Source of the DNA: an uncultured Acidobacteriota bacterium
Lineage (GTDB): Bacteria > Acidobacteriota > UBA6911
Assembly (NCBI GenBank): GCA_963809485.1
Contig: CAWEJX010000007.1
Coordinates: 256,001-320,000 of the forward strand
DNA: 64,000 nucleotides
Direction of reading: 5' to 3'
Shown here: positions 54,701-64,000 of the stretch, piece after piece
How the letters are laid out: each line of letters starts with the position of its first letter
How positions within the stretch are numbered: the first letter of the stretch is position 1
The notes under the pieces: generated by a model
Told to the model about the DNA's origin: nothing
Seen by the model: only the letters and a program-made list of their open reading frames with translations
The model's database searches: none
Position numbers and translations under genes: made by a program

Positions 54701-55135
54701 TCCGGCGGGACGCCGCTCAGAAGGGTCCCGAGAATCCGGCGGCTGTTTCCGACTACGCCCAACTCTTTCAATTGACCTCGATATCAGCGCGCAAGCGGGT
54801 GGTGTCGGGGCTAGCGCTACTACAATCCCTACACGGACACCGCTGATTTCGGTCCTTATCCTGCCAACATGTCCCGGAGAAATGCCTTACCGGAGGCCGG
54901 GGTCTTATAATTTCGATCTCGGCATTTACAAGAATTTCAGCTTGAAGGAACGAGGCTACACGCTCCAGTTCCGTGCCGAGTTCTACAACCTTTTCAATCA
55001 CGCCAACTCTGGACATCGACTGGATGGTCATGCGGATATCTCTTCGCAGCGATTATGCATCCCGGGATGCGTGGTGTCACTAATCTGGCCGAGGAACGCA
55101 GGAACATCCAGTTCGCTCTGAAGTTCCTCTTCTAG
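51724..55135 (+). CDS. TonB-dependent receptor with carboxypeptidase-regulatory N-domain; many frameshifts
   Basis: GQISGTIKDPSGAVV, SVQEFSV...AEYGRASGGVINVATKSGSN, QDTWR...LTLNLGLRWEY, C-terminal RNIQFALKFLF*. Confidence 0.9.
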
Positions 55136-55160
55136 CCTGCTTCAGAGAAGCTTCTCATCA

Positions 55161-55191
55161 AAGGCCCCGGCGCAAGTCGGGGCCTTTTTTT
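55161..55191 (+). terminator. Intrinsic terminator
   Basis: AAGGCCCCGGC-GCAA-GTCGGGGCCTTTTTTT. Confidence 0.85.
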
Positions 55192-55355
55192 GGTTAGGAT
55201 TGCGAAGGCGCGAATATAAGGCGCGCGACATGTGAGGACGGATGTCCCAAGTCCGTCTCAAAACTGGCACAATTTCGCGGTCGTTCATTTTTATAGGGGC
55301 GGCCTTCCGAGGCCATTGTAGAACTCGAAATTTTTGGGGAATTCAGGGAAGGCTA

Positions 55356-55549
55356 AGGCCCGGAGGCCGTAAGAAAATATCCGGGGGCGCAAGCCCCCGG
55401 ATAGGACTTGCATTCAACGAGAGCCCCGATAGGGGCGAAAGGTTTTTGTATAAATTATTTACCTGTTTCGCCCCTGCCGGGGCTTTTTTTATAATTGCCC
55501 AACCCCCGGGCTTACGCCCGGGGCTATTCTCTGCCGGCCCTCCGGGCCT
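55356..55549. repeat. REP/REPIN-like compound inverted repeat (second family)
   Basis: AGGCCCGGAGG...CCTCCGGGCCT outer arms; inner palindromes CCGGGGGCGCAAGCCCCCGG, GCCCCGATAGGGGC, CCCCGGGCTTACGCCCGGGG. Confidence 0.7.
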
Positions 55550-55630
55550 CAGGTCGCGAATGGAAGCGAATGCTATGGTTTTGCATCGGGCTCTTCAGGC
55601 CGCTGCTGCATAAACTCAGGCATTGATCCC

Positions 55631-57106
55631 ATGAGAGCCACGGCGATGATTTGGAGGTTATCCCTCATCCGGTTTTTGGCAGCAGGTCTGCTGGTTTCGG
55701 GAGTTCTTCTCTCGACAGCTGCCCAGGCCCCAAAACGAGAGAACGCCGGCCGTGCCGTATCCATCCCCTTCGAGGAAGCACAGCGTATCGTGAAGGCGTT
55801 GGGCGACAGCGCACCTCCCGAGCTTCGCGCCAAAGATTCAGGAGCTTCGGCAAAATCCTGGCCGGCCTGGGTCGCCCGGCACAATGCGGCGGTCCGGGAG
55901 CGTATGGAGCGCGGAGACGAAGACTTGCTGGGCAATTTTTTGCTTTTCGGAACTTCCTTTACCACTCAGCTCCGCATGACACCCAAGGACCTCGCCCCGA
56001 TGAGCCAATCCCCGGCCAGCGGCGCTTCTACCGATGTCGGGTCTCTCGCCGGTAAGGTGCTGGATGCGCGGCTGAACGATTTTATGCGAGCCGTGGAAAC
56101 CCCTGGGACAAATGATCGGCTTACGTATCTGCACCGGTTGATCCGGAAGAAGGGCTACAGTTTTTCCGGCGCCGGCGCACGGGCAAAGCTCAGACAGTAC
56201 CTTATCGCAAACCTGCTGAGAGTGCTCGGCGAACAGGAGAGCTTCGCAAAAGCGCGCGCCCAGGCTCTTGGATTGGGAGATTCGACCGCCGAGTTTGCCG
56301 CCCGCTCCACCCTGTACCGTTCGCGCGGCCTCTCGGTCGATACCGCGCTTTTCCCGAGCTATGCCATTGAAGAGTCGCTGAAGGCCATGCAGGCGCGCGG
56401 CCTGTTGACGGGCGTAAACCGTGCAGCCGTCATCGGGCCGGGCCTGGATTTCGCCGACAAGCAGGGAGGCTACGACTTTTATCCCGAACAGACCCTTCAG
56501 CCATTCGCCCTGATCGATTCGCTCGCGCGGCTTGGCCTGTTCCGGGCGGAAAAGCTCGAAGTAGCGGCGATCGATATCAGCCCGCAGGTGACCAGCCATC
56601 TGTCAGCCGCGCGGCAGCGCGCCCGGCGTGGCGTCCCTTATATCTCGCAGTTGCCGCGTGACCTCGATTCCACGTGGAAGCCCGGGACTATTTCATACTG
56701 GGAGCGGTTCGGCAGTCATATCGGGGCGTCGGCGAAACCGAGCGCGCTTCCGCCCGGGATCAAGCGCCTGGAAATGCGCGCGGTGAGCATCCGGCCGGAT
56801 GTGGTCCTTCGTATCACTCCATGCGAGATGAATATTGTTCTCCAGCGTCTGGATGCGCCGGAGGCCGGGAAATTCGATTTGATCGTGGCCACAAACATAC
56901 TGATCTACTACGACGTCTTCGAACAAAGCCTGGCCCTCTCCAATATCGCCCATATGCTCAAGCCGGGTGGTTTCCTGCTTTCAAATAACGCCCTCATGGA
57001 ATTTCCCGGCTCGCCGCTTCGTTCCGTCGACTATCTCACGGTCGTTTACTCCGACGACCGCCCCGACGACGGCGATCACATCGTCTGGTATCAGCGCCAG
57101 CCGTGA
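55631..57106 (+). CDS. Class I SAM-dependent methyltransferase-like protein with N-terminal signal
   Basis: VIGPGLDF, IDIS, FDLIVATNILIYYD, MLKPGGFLL. Confidence 0.75.
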   Translation: MRATAMIWRLSLIRFLAAGLLVSGVLLSTAAQAPKRENAGRAVSIPFEEAQRIVKALGDSAPPELRAKDSGASAKSWPAWVARHNAAVRERMERGDEDLLGNFLLFGTSFTTQLRMTPKDLAPMSQSPASGASTDVGSLAGKVLDARLNDFMRAVETPGTNDRLTYLHRLIRKKGYSFSGAGARAKLRQYLIANLLRVLGEQESFAKARAQALGLGDSTAEFAARSTLYRSRGLSVDTALFPSYAIEESLKAMQARGLLTGVNRAAVIGPGLDFADKQGGYDFYPEQTLQPFALIDSLARLGLFRAEKLEVAAIDISPQVTSHLSAARQRARRGVPYISQLPRDLDSTWKPGTISYWERFGSHIGASAKPSALPPGIKRLEMRAVSIRPDVVLRITPCEMNIVLQRLDAPEAGKFDLIVATNILIYYDVFEQSLALSNIAHMLKPGGFLLSNNALMEFPGSPLRSVDYLTVVYSDDRPDDGDHIVWYQRQP

Positions 57107-57142
57107 CAATCAAAACAGCCAGAGACGAGAACAAAACTTGAT

Positions 57143-57706
57143 TAGTTTCTGTCGCAAAACTGGTTTGCGCCGCGTAGCGGCACTGTGATTTTAGCCCGGC
57201 CTTTCAAGGCCGGGATCCATGGTATTGAGAACAGCGCGTCGCGTAGCGACGCCTGAGATTCAACCGTCGCTACGCGACGGAAAACATAATCCCTTTAGAT
57301 CCAGGCCTTAAAAGGCCTGGCTAAATTCAACTGGCCGCTACGCGGCCTGGCTCCAATTTGCGGCTTCTATGTAATATCAAATATCCTATCGACTGTAATA
57401 AAATCCGGTTTCCTCGCGAAACTGGTTTGTGCCGCGTAGCGGCACTATGATTTTAGCCCGGCCTTTCAAGGCCGGGAACAATGGTACAGCGAGCAGCGCG
57501 TCGCGTAGCGACGCCTGAGATTCAACCGTCGCTACGCGACGGAAAACATAATCCCTTTAGATCCAGGCCTTAAAAGGCCTGGCTAAATTCAACTGGCCGC
57601 TACGCGGCCTGGCTCCAATTTGCGGCTTCTATGTAATATCAAATATCCTATCGACTGTAATAAAATCCGGTTTCCTCGCGAAACCCGAGTTTCGCGACAG
57701 AAACTA
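57143..57706 (-). mobile_element. MITE/REPIN-like element, copy 3, with a 262-bp internal tandem duplication
   Basis: Terminal IRs TAGTTTCTGTCGCAAAACT / AGTTTCGCGACAGAAACTA; period 262 (57159 vs 57421); 564 = 302 + 262. Confidence 0.85.
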
Positions 57707-57777
57707 AATAAATTTCAGAGATTGGAAATTGCGGATAAGCACGCCGCCGGCATAGCAAATGTGCGAAAATAGGTTCT

Positions 57778-58980
57778 ATGAAAAATGTCTTTCCCCTGAT
57801 TCTGTACGTTCTATGGATTTTACTGCCGGCTTCACGGCTGCAGGCTCAGGATCTGCGTGATCCCCGCTTCATGGAGCGGGCCCAGGCCGGATTTGCGGAT
57901 ATATATAATTTCGACTATGCCCAGGCCCGGCAGGTTTTTGCCTCCCTGGAGAAGGAGTACCCGCAGCACCCCGCCCCCCCTTTATACCTGGCTTCTATCG
58001 TCTGGCTCGAGGAGATGCTTCGCCGCCAGGACCTATCGCTGAATCGCTTCGTGTATCCATCCTATTTCTCAGTTAAAACCGAACAGGAAATGCCTTCTCA
58101 GGAGCGGGATGCCTTTTTCAGGCATATTCAAAAATGCGAAGCCCTGGCCAACACGATCCTGAAAAAAAACAGCCATGATAAGGACAGCCGCTATTTCCTG
58201 GGCACATCCTATGGGCTGCGCTCCTGCTTTGCCATCACCATCGACCACAGCCTTCGATCCGCATACAGCAACGGCACAAAAGCGTACGAACTCACCCGGC
58301 AGCTGACCCAGGAAGATCCGGACTATTACGACGCTTATCTGACGGTCGGTATTTACGAATACGTCGTCGGAAGCATTCCCTGGTACCTGAAGTGGATGGC
58401 TTTCATGGTAGGGGCGCGCGGCGACAAGGAAAAGGGGCTGGAGCATTTGAGGCTGGCTTCCGAAAAGGGCCAGTACATGAAAAATGAAGCGCTGCTGGTC
58501 CAGATGGTATTAAATGTCCGCGAGCATCGTTATAGCCAGGCTCTGCAGATCGCCAACGACTTGAGCCGCAGGTTTCCAAGGAACTTTCTGTTCGCCCTGA
58601 GCGCCGCCCAGATTTCCCGTCTGTCCGGACAGAAAGACCAGGCAGTCGCGATCCTTCTGCAGGTGGAAAAACGGGTCGAATCCAGGGAACCCAATTTTGA
58701 CAAGATACCCGTCCGGATATTCCGCTATGACCTGGGCCGCGAGCTGATGGATATGGGAAAGCTGGACCTGGCTCAAGAGCGGTTCCTCAAGGCTATCGGC
58801 GATTCTCAAACACCGGCGCGAGAAAGGGCCCTGTCACACTTGAGGATGGGCCGGATCCTGGAATGGCGCGGAAAGAACAGCGAGGCTGCTCAGCAATACC
58901 GGACCGTCCTCTCACTGGCGGATGTCGAGAACTCCCACGACCAGGCCAGACAGTCTCTGGCCAGGCTGAACCGCGATTGA
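57778..58980 (+). CDS. Exported TPR protein
   Basis: Signal peptide; helical repeats; DPDYYDAYL. Confidence 0.8.
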   Translation: MKNVFPLILYVLWILLPASRLQAQDLRDPRFMERAQAGFADIYNFDYAQARQVFASLEKEYPQHPAPPLYLASIVWLEEMLRRQDLSLNRFVYPSYFSVKTEQEMPSQERDAFFRHIQKCEALANTILKKNSHDKDSRYFLGTSYGLRSCFAITIDHSLRSAYSNGTKAYELTRQLTQEDPDYYDAYLTVGIYEYVVGSIPWYLKWMAFMVGARGDKEKGLEHLRLASEKGQYMKNEALLVQMVLNVREHRYSQALQIANDLSRRFPRNFLFALSAAQISRLSGQKDQAVAILLQVEKRVESREPNFDKIPVRIFRYDLGRELMDMGKLDLAQERFLKAIGDSQTPARERALSHLRMGRILEWRGKNSEAAQQYRTVLSLADVENSHDQARQSLARLNRD

Positions 58981-59119
58981 CTTTCAACCACGAAATAAAC
59001 GAAATACACAAAAATCCAGCTTCGTGTATTTGGTGTATTTCGTGGTTATAAATTTATATTTGCCTTGGAAATCCGGCCAGCAGAGCGATATCCTCGATTT
59101 TTCGGACAGAGGATAACTT

Positions 59120-60694
59120 ATGACTAAGCGGATGGCTCATGTCCTGTTGATTTTCCTGGTCTTCGGACTGGCACTGACAGCGGGTGAAAAAATCGACTCG
59201 GACACGAACTGGAAGATCCGCCGGGAAGCCACGGATAATTCCCATATTATGTTCCTGCTGCATTATCTCACGGATATCCATGGACCGCGCTTAACCGGAT
59301 CGCCCGGTTTCACCGCAGCCTGCACCTGGGCGATGGACCAATTGAAGCAGTGGGGCATGCAGAACGAACACCTCGAGAAGTGGGACTTCGCTCATCCCGG
59401 ATGGGGAAGCGACCGTTATTCCGTCAGGGTGGTGTCTCCTTTCCGGTCCATTTTGGACGCCCGGGTGATCGCGTGGACTCCGGGCACAAACGGAACCGTA
59501 CGGGCGCCGGTCATACAGATGACGCTTCCCGAAAAGCCGACCCAGGAAATACTTGCTGCTTACCTGGATCGCCATCGGGAAAATGTGCGGGGAAAAATCG
59601 TTCTTGCCGGCGCCCACAAGGCGATCCCGATTGCATTCAATTTCCCTTCTAAACGGCGCGATGAATCCGAGTTGAGGACGCAGTACGACCCGGTAAATCC
59701 CGCTCCGGCCGGCCCCCCCCGAGCAGCCGAACAGGCGGCCGATGGGCCCAAAATCCTGGAGCCGCGGGAGATTGACGAAAAAATCGACGCTTTCCTGGTT
59801 GAAGCAGGCGCTTTGGTCAAAGTGGTCGATGCTGCGCGCGAGCACGGCCAGATAGGCGTTTCCGCCAACCGGAGCTATAACTGTTCCAGGGCCGTTCCCG
59901 GCATCGTGATCCGGAACGAAGACTACGGCCGGGTCACGCGTGCGCTTTCCGATGGGACGCCTGTGGAAATGGAGATCGAGATCGTCAATTCCATTTATGA
60001 CATCCAGCCTTCCTTGAATGTCATAGCGGAAATTCCCGGGACCGACAGGCTGCAGGAAGTGGTGATGCTGGGGGCTCACATTGACTCATGGCATATCGGT
60101 ACAGGTGCGACGGACAACGCCTCGGGCGTGGCTGTCATGATGGAATCGATGCGCGTTCTTCAAAAGCTCGGCGTCAAGCCCAGGCGGACCATTCGCATTG
60201 CATTGTGGGGAGGAGAGGAGCAGGGATTGCTTGGGTCCCAGGCCTATGTCAAAGATCATTTCGGGACTTTTGAAGCGCCCAAACCGGAATTTAACAGCCT
60301 GTCCGCTTACATAAACATCGACTCCGGCACGGGCCGCATACGCGGCGCTTCCGTATTCGGGCCTCCTGCCGCCGCCGCGATTCTGCGAGAGACGCTGGCT
60401 CCGTTCGCAGACATGGGAGTCGTGGGAGCAAATTCCGGAAATGACCGCAACCACCGCGGGACGGACAGCACCTCTTTTTCCTGGGCCGGGCTGGCGGGAA
60501 TCAACCTGTCGCAGGATCCGCTGGAATATTTCAGCCACTCCTGGCACACGGATTTGGATACAAACGAAAGGGTGCTGGAAGGCGATCTCAAACAATGCGT
60601 GATTGCCGCCGCTTCACTGGCTTACCACCTTGCCATGCGCGATGAAATGGTCCCGCGCTTCACTGGCGAAACCATGCCCAAACCCGGAAAATAG
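59120..60694 (+). CDS. M28 family peptidase (carboxypeptidase Q-like)
   Basis: GPRLTGS, GAHIDSW, GATDNASG, GEEQGLLGS, WHT. Confidence 0.92.
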   Translation: MTKRMAHVLLIFLVFGLALTAGEKIDSDTNWKIRREATDNSHIMFLLHYLTDIHGPRLTGSPGFTAACTWAMDQLKQWGMQNEHLEKWDFAHPGWGSDRYSVRVVSPFRSILDARVIAWTPGTNGTVRAPVIQMTLPEKPTQEILAAYLDRHRENVRGKIVLAGAHKAIPIAFNFPSKRRDESELRTQYDPVNPAPAGPPRAAEQAADGPKILEPREIDEKIDAFLVEAGALVKVVDAAREHGQIGVSANRSYNCSRAVPGIVIRNEDYGRVTRALSDGTPVEMEIEIVNSIYDIQPSLNVIAEIPGTDRLQEVVMLGAHIDSWHIGTGATDNASGVAVMMESMRVLQKLGVKPRRTIRIALWGGEEQGLLGSQAYVKDHFGTFEAPKPEFNSLSAYINIDSGTGRIRGASVFGPPAAAAILRETLAPFADMGVVGANSGNDRNHRGTDSTSFSWAGLAGINLSQDPLEYFSHSWHTDLDTNERVLEGDLKQCVIAAASLAYHLAMRDEMVPRFTGETMPKPGK

Positions 60695-60841
60695 GCAAGG
60701 AACCCAAATTTTGGCGAGGATGGCGCGACAGTCGTTTTGGGGCCGAGTCTGGAGGCGCGTCCATAAATTATAACGCTGACCCACGCCGATAAACGCTGAC
60801 GTACGCGGAAAAATTAGAAATTAATATTATTTTCTCAGCAG

Positions 60842-62968
60842 TTAATGTTGTTTGGGTGAGGAATTCCGGCCGAGAAGGCGGGTGGCGCGCGCGACAACGT
60901 TATCCACGGTATAGCCGAATTTTTCGAAGACGACCTTGGAGGGCGCCGAGGCGCCGAAATGGTCCATGCAGATTATATTTCCGCCATCCCCGGTGTACTT
61001 GCGCCACCCCTGGGAAACTCCCGCCTCGACTGCCAGCCGCGCTTTTGCCGAGGGAGGCAGGACTTCATCCCGGTATTCCCGGGACTGGGCGTCAAAAAGC
61101 TCCCAGCTGGGCATCGAAACGGTGCGTGCGGCAATGCCTTGCTGCGCCAAACTATTCTGGGCGGCAAGCGCCAGGCTCACTTCCGATCCCGATGCGATCA
61201 AAATTATATCGGGCTTCCCCCCCGGCGCCTCCGAGAGAATGTACGCACCCCTGCGCAAGCCCTCGGCAGGCCCTAAAAGCTCCCGGTCGAGGGTGGGGAC
61301 TTCCTGCCGGGTCAAAACCAAGGCCACCGGGCAGCATCGGCTTTCGATAGCAACGCGCCAGGCTACGGCCGTTTCGTTCGCATCGCAGGGTCGAAGGACC
61401 GTCAGGCCCGGGATGGTGCGCAGCGCAGCCAGTTGCTCGACCGGCTGGTGCGTCGGACCGTCTTCGCCCACCCCGATGCTGTCGTGGGTAAAAACAAAAA
61501 TGACGCCGAGACCCATGAGTGCGGCAAGCCGTATGGAAGGGCGCATGTAATCTGAAAAAACAAAAAATGTTGCCGCATAGGGAAGTATCCCGCCGTGCGC
61601 CGCCATTCCATTCGCAATGGAGCCCATCGCGTGCTCGCGAACCCCAAAGTGAACATTGCGCCCCTCGTAGCCCCATGCGCTGCCTATCGATCCCTGCCTG
61701 TCCGCGGGCGCATAGTCCGGATTCTGGAAATCGCCCCCGCCCTTAATCACCGTGTGCGTCGAAGGATTCAGATCCGCGGATCCACCGATCAGCGAAGGAA
61801 GCCCGGCAGCCACGGCATTCATAACCTTTCCCGACGCGACACGCGTCGCCATCCCTTTGGCGTCCGCCGGGAAGGAGGGAATGGCCGCATCCCATTTATC
61901 AGGTAGCTCGCCCCGCATCGCCCGTTGAAATTCCAGCGAAAGATCCGGGAATTCTCGGGAATACTCCGCAAGCCGGCGGCTCCAGCCGGACTCCGCTTCG
62001 CGGCCTCGTTCCACGGCCTTACGGAAGAAGCCGAGCGCCTTATCCGGAACGTAAAACAGGGGCTCGACAGGCCATCCCAGATTTTGCTTGGTCAGCTTCA
62101 CCTCCTCGACGCCCAGCGGGGATCCATGGGATTCGAAGGAATCCTGTTTGTGCGGAGAGCCGTAACCAATGTGCGTTCGGACCAGAATCAACGAAGGCCG
62201 GGCGGTTTCGGCACGGGCAGTCTCAATAGAACGCTCGATCGCGCCTAAGTCGTTGCCGTTGTCGACCGTAACCGTATGCCAGCCGCAGGCCTCGAACCGG
62301 CGGGCTCGATCCTCGCTGAACGTGATATCGGTTGCAGCCGCCAGCGAAATGCGGTTGTCATCGTACAGGCAGATCAATTTGCCGAGCCTCAGATGCCCCG
62401 CAAGAGATGCCGCCTCATAGGCTACCCCCTCCATGAGGTCGCCGTCTCCCGCGATGACATAGGTGTAATGGTTGACGACTTCATGGCCCGGCCGGTTATA
62501 GCGCGTTGCCAGGTAGGCCTCCGCAATCGCCATCCCCACGGCATTTGCCAATCCCTGTCCAAGCGGACCCGTCGTAGTCTCGACACCGGGCGTCAAGCCG
62601 CGTTCCGGATGGCCGGGAGTCAGGCTTCCCCATTGACGGAAATTTTTGATCTGTTCGAGCGGGAGGTTGTACCCCGTCAAATAGAGCAGGCTATACAGCA
62701 GCATGGATCCGTGGCCGGCGGAAAGGACGAAACGGTCCCGGTCCCACCACTGGGGATTCGCCGGATTATGCCTGAGGAATCTCGTCCAGAGAGCATAGGC
62801 CATGGGCGCCGCCCCCAGAGGCAATCCGGGGTGCCCGCTGTTCGCTTTCTGAACTGCGTCCACGGACAGGAAACGGATGGTATGAATGCACAATTCGTCC
62901 AGCGAAAGGGCTTCCGGGGGGAGGGCCTCCGGAGGGAGGGCCGAAGAAATGCTTGAACTATCAGTCAT
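60842..62968 (-). CDS. tkt: Transketolase
   Basis: [33 protein letters not shown]. Confidence 0.98.
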   Translation of the reverse strand: MTDSSSISSALPPEALPPEALSLDELCIHTIRFLSVDAVQKANSGHPGLPLGAAPMAYALWTRFLRHNPANPQWWDRDRFVLSAGHGSMLLYSLLYLTGYNLPLEQIKNFRQWGSLTPGHPERGLTPGVETTTGPLGQGLANAVGMAIAEAYLATRYNRPGHEVVNHYTYVIAGDGDLMEGVAYEAASLAGHLRLGKLICLYDDNRISLAAATDITFSEDRARRFEACGWHTVTVDNGNDLGAIERSIETARAETARPSLILVRTHIGYGSPHKQDSFESHGSPLGVEEVKLTKQNLGWPVEPLFYVPDKALGFFRKAVERGREAESGWSRRLAEYSREFPDLSLEFQRAMRGELPDKWDAAIPSFPADAKGMATRVASGKVMNAVAAGLPSLIGGSADLNPSTHTVIKGGGDFQNPDYAPADRQGSIGSAWGYEGRNVHFGVREHAMGSIANGMAAHGGILPYAATFFVFSDYMRPSIRLAALMGLGVIFVFTHDSIGVGEDGPTHQPVEQLAALRTIPGLTVLRPCDANETAVAWRVAIESRCCPVALVLTRQEVPTLDRELLGPAEGLRRGAYILSEAPGGKPDIILIASGSEVSLALAAQNSLAQQGIAARTVSMPSWELFDAQSREYRDEVLPPSAKARLAVEAGVSQGWRKYTGDGGNIICMDHFGASAPSKVVFEKFGYTVDNVVARATRLLGRNSSPKQH

Positions 62969-63174
62969 GCGAATACCCCGCTAATCGATGAATCTGCCGC
63001 CGTTAAAGGATCGTAGACGCGAGCAGGAACGCGATTTCGGATTAAGGCATCCGGAATTAAAGGCAAAATTTAAATTGCCGCGCGCCGGATGTCAAACGTT
63101 GATTGGCGCTCCCAGAAATCCTGTTTGTTGAGAGCGGAAGTTATCTATAATGGCTCTTCTCAAGGAGACTGTAT

Positions 63175-63663
63175 ATGCGCGTCGTGCTTGGTTCCGATCA
63201 TGCCGGTTTTGAAATGAAAGAAAAGATTGCTGTCCACGTCCGGGAGATGGGACATCAGGTGCTGGATGTCGGCACGAACAGTGATGCGCCGGTGGACTAT
63301 CCGGACTATGCCGAGGCCGTGGCCAATGCCATTTTGAATCATGAGGCCGAGCGGGGGATCCTGGTCTGCGGAAGCGGCGTGGGTGCCGCGGTGGCGGCAA
63401 ACAAAATTCCCGGCATACGGGCGGCGACCTGCCACGACTGCTATTCGGCGCATCAGGGCGTGGAGCACGACGACATCAACATCCTTGTGCTTGGAGCCAG
63501 GGTCATTGCGAATGCCCTTGCATACGACCTGGTCTGGATGTTCCTGGGCGCGCAGTTTTCCGGAGAGGAACGGCATTTGCGCCGGCTGGCAAAAGTACAG
63601 GAACTGGAAAAGAAATACCGCGCTTCCGACACGGACACCCCGCATCATGATCCTGTTGACTGA
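63175..63663 (+). CDS. rpiB: Ribose-5-phosphate isomerase B
   Basis: GSDHAG, DYPD, CGSGVG, ANKIPGIRAA, RHLRR. Confidence 0.96.
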   Translation: MRVVLGSDHAGFEMKEKIAVHVREMGHQVLDVGTNSDAPVDYPDYAEAVANAILNHEAERGILVCGSGVGAAVAANKIPGIRAATCHDCYSAHQGVEHDDINILVLGARVIANALAYDLVWMFLGAQFSGEERHLRRLAKVQELEKKYRASDTDTPHHDPVD

Positions 63664-63692
63664 AATATCATGAAGTGATAAAACATTTCTTC

Positions 63693-63959
63693 ATGACACG
63701 TCCTCTGCAAATATATCTAGATGATTTGGAGTTCGAGCGGCTGGAAAAGTGGGCTGATGCGCGGGGATGGACCAAATCCCGCGCTGTGCGCGCTGCGCTC
63801 CGCGCGTTGACTCGAACCGAGGGAGAAGATCCTCTTCTCTCCGCCAGCGGGATGATCGATGCTCTTCCGGAGGACCTCAGCGAGCAGTTCGATCGATACT
63901 TGCACGAAACCTATATTGCCGAAAAGAGGTCCGGGTATCGCAAGAAGCGCAGAAAGTAA
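63693..63959 (+). CDS. Ribbon-helix-helix antitoxin (VapB-like)
   Basis: LQIYL...KSRAVRAAL; DLSEQFDRYL; precedes a PIN gene. Confidence 0.75.
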   Translation: MTRPLQIYLDDLEFERLEKWADARGWTKSRAVRAALRALTRTEGEDPLLSASGMIDALPEDLSEQFDRYLHETYIAEKRSGYRKKRRK

Positions 63960-64000
63960 CCTTGTATTCATCGACAGCAGCGCCTGGATCGGTCTTTTCA
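63937..64000 (+). CDS. PIN-domain toxin (VapC-like), truncated by the window end
   Basis: Frame reads ...LVFIDSSAWIGLF, the PIN N-terminal motif; start codon uncertain. Confidence 0.65.
   Translation, partial: MARSAESNLVFIDSSAWIGLF

Noticed and set aside
57143-57706. Possible CRISPR array
   Set aside because: Repeats are nested palindromes with a 262-bp period and no unique spacers; no cas genes in the window.
62908-62942. 15-bp tandem repeat in the tkt N-terminus (ALPPE x2)
   Set aside because: Small in-frame duplication in a variable tail; no sign of function.

Overview
Bacterial chromosomal window, roughly 55-60% GC by eye. The gene content (carboxypeptidase-regulatory TonB-dependent receptor, TPR-rich proteins, ECF/anti-sigma pairs) suggests Acidobacteriota, which is an inference. 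Left to right: (1) lepA, cut by the window edge. (2) A 3.9-kb mobile element at 1814-5725 with inverted ends and 5-bp AGGTA flanking repeats. It encodes a Cys-rich protein missed by the ORF track, a CHC2-TOPRIM primase and two tyrosine recombinases. (3) A MalT/BTAD regulator cassette, gmhA, secA and guaB. (4) An ECF sigma/anti-sigma operon running into a type II secretion cluster (gspE-F-G-H-I-J-K-L-M-C-D). (5) An O-antigen-ligase/TPR gene, two paralogous secreted S-layer-like proteins and an Ig-fold accessory protein, then a second ECF system. (6) A frameshift-rich block (MerR-TPR, adh, metK, mtfA, TBDR), most likely long-read indel errors. (7) A methyltransferase, TPR protein, M28 peptidase, tkt, rpiB and a VapBC pair at the right edge. 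Intergenic DNA carries a 302-bp REP-containing MITE (three loci, one internally duplicated) and paired inverted heptamer arrays. I found no rRNA, tRNA or CRISPR array. The best candidates for undescribed systems are the primase/dual-recombinase element and the T2SS-glycosylation-S-layer-like locus. All calls come from motif reading; no database search was run.
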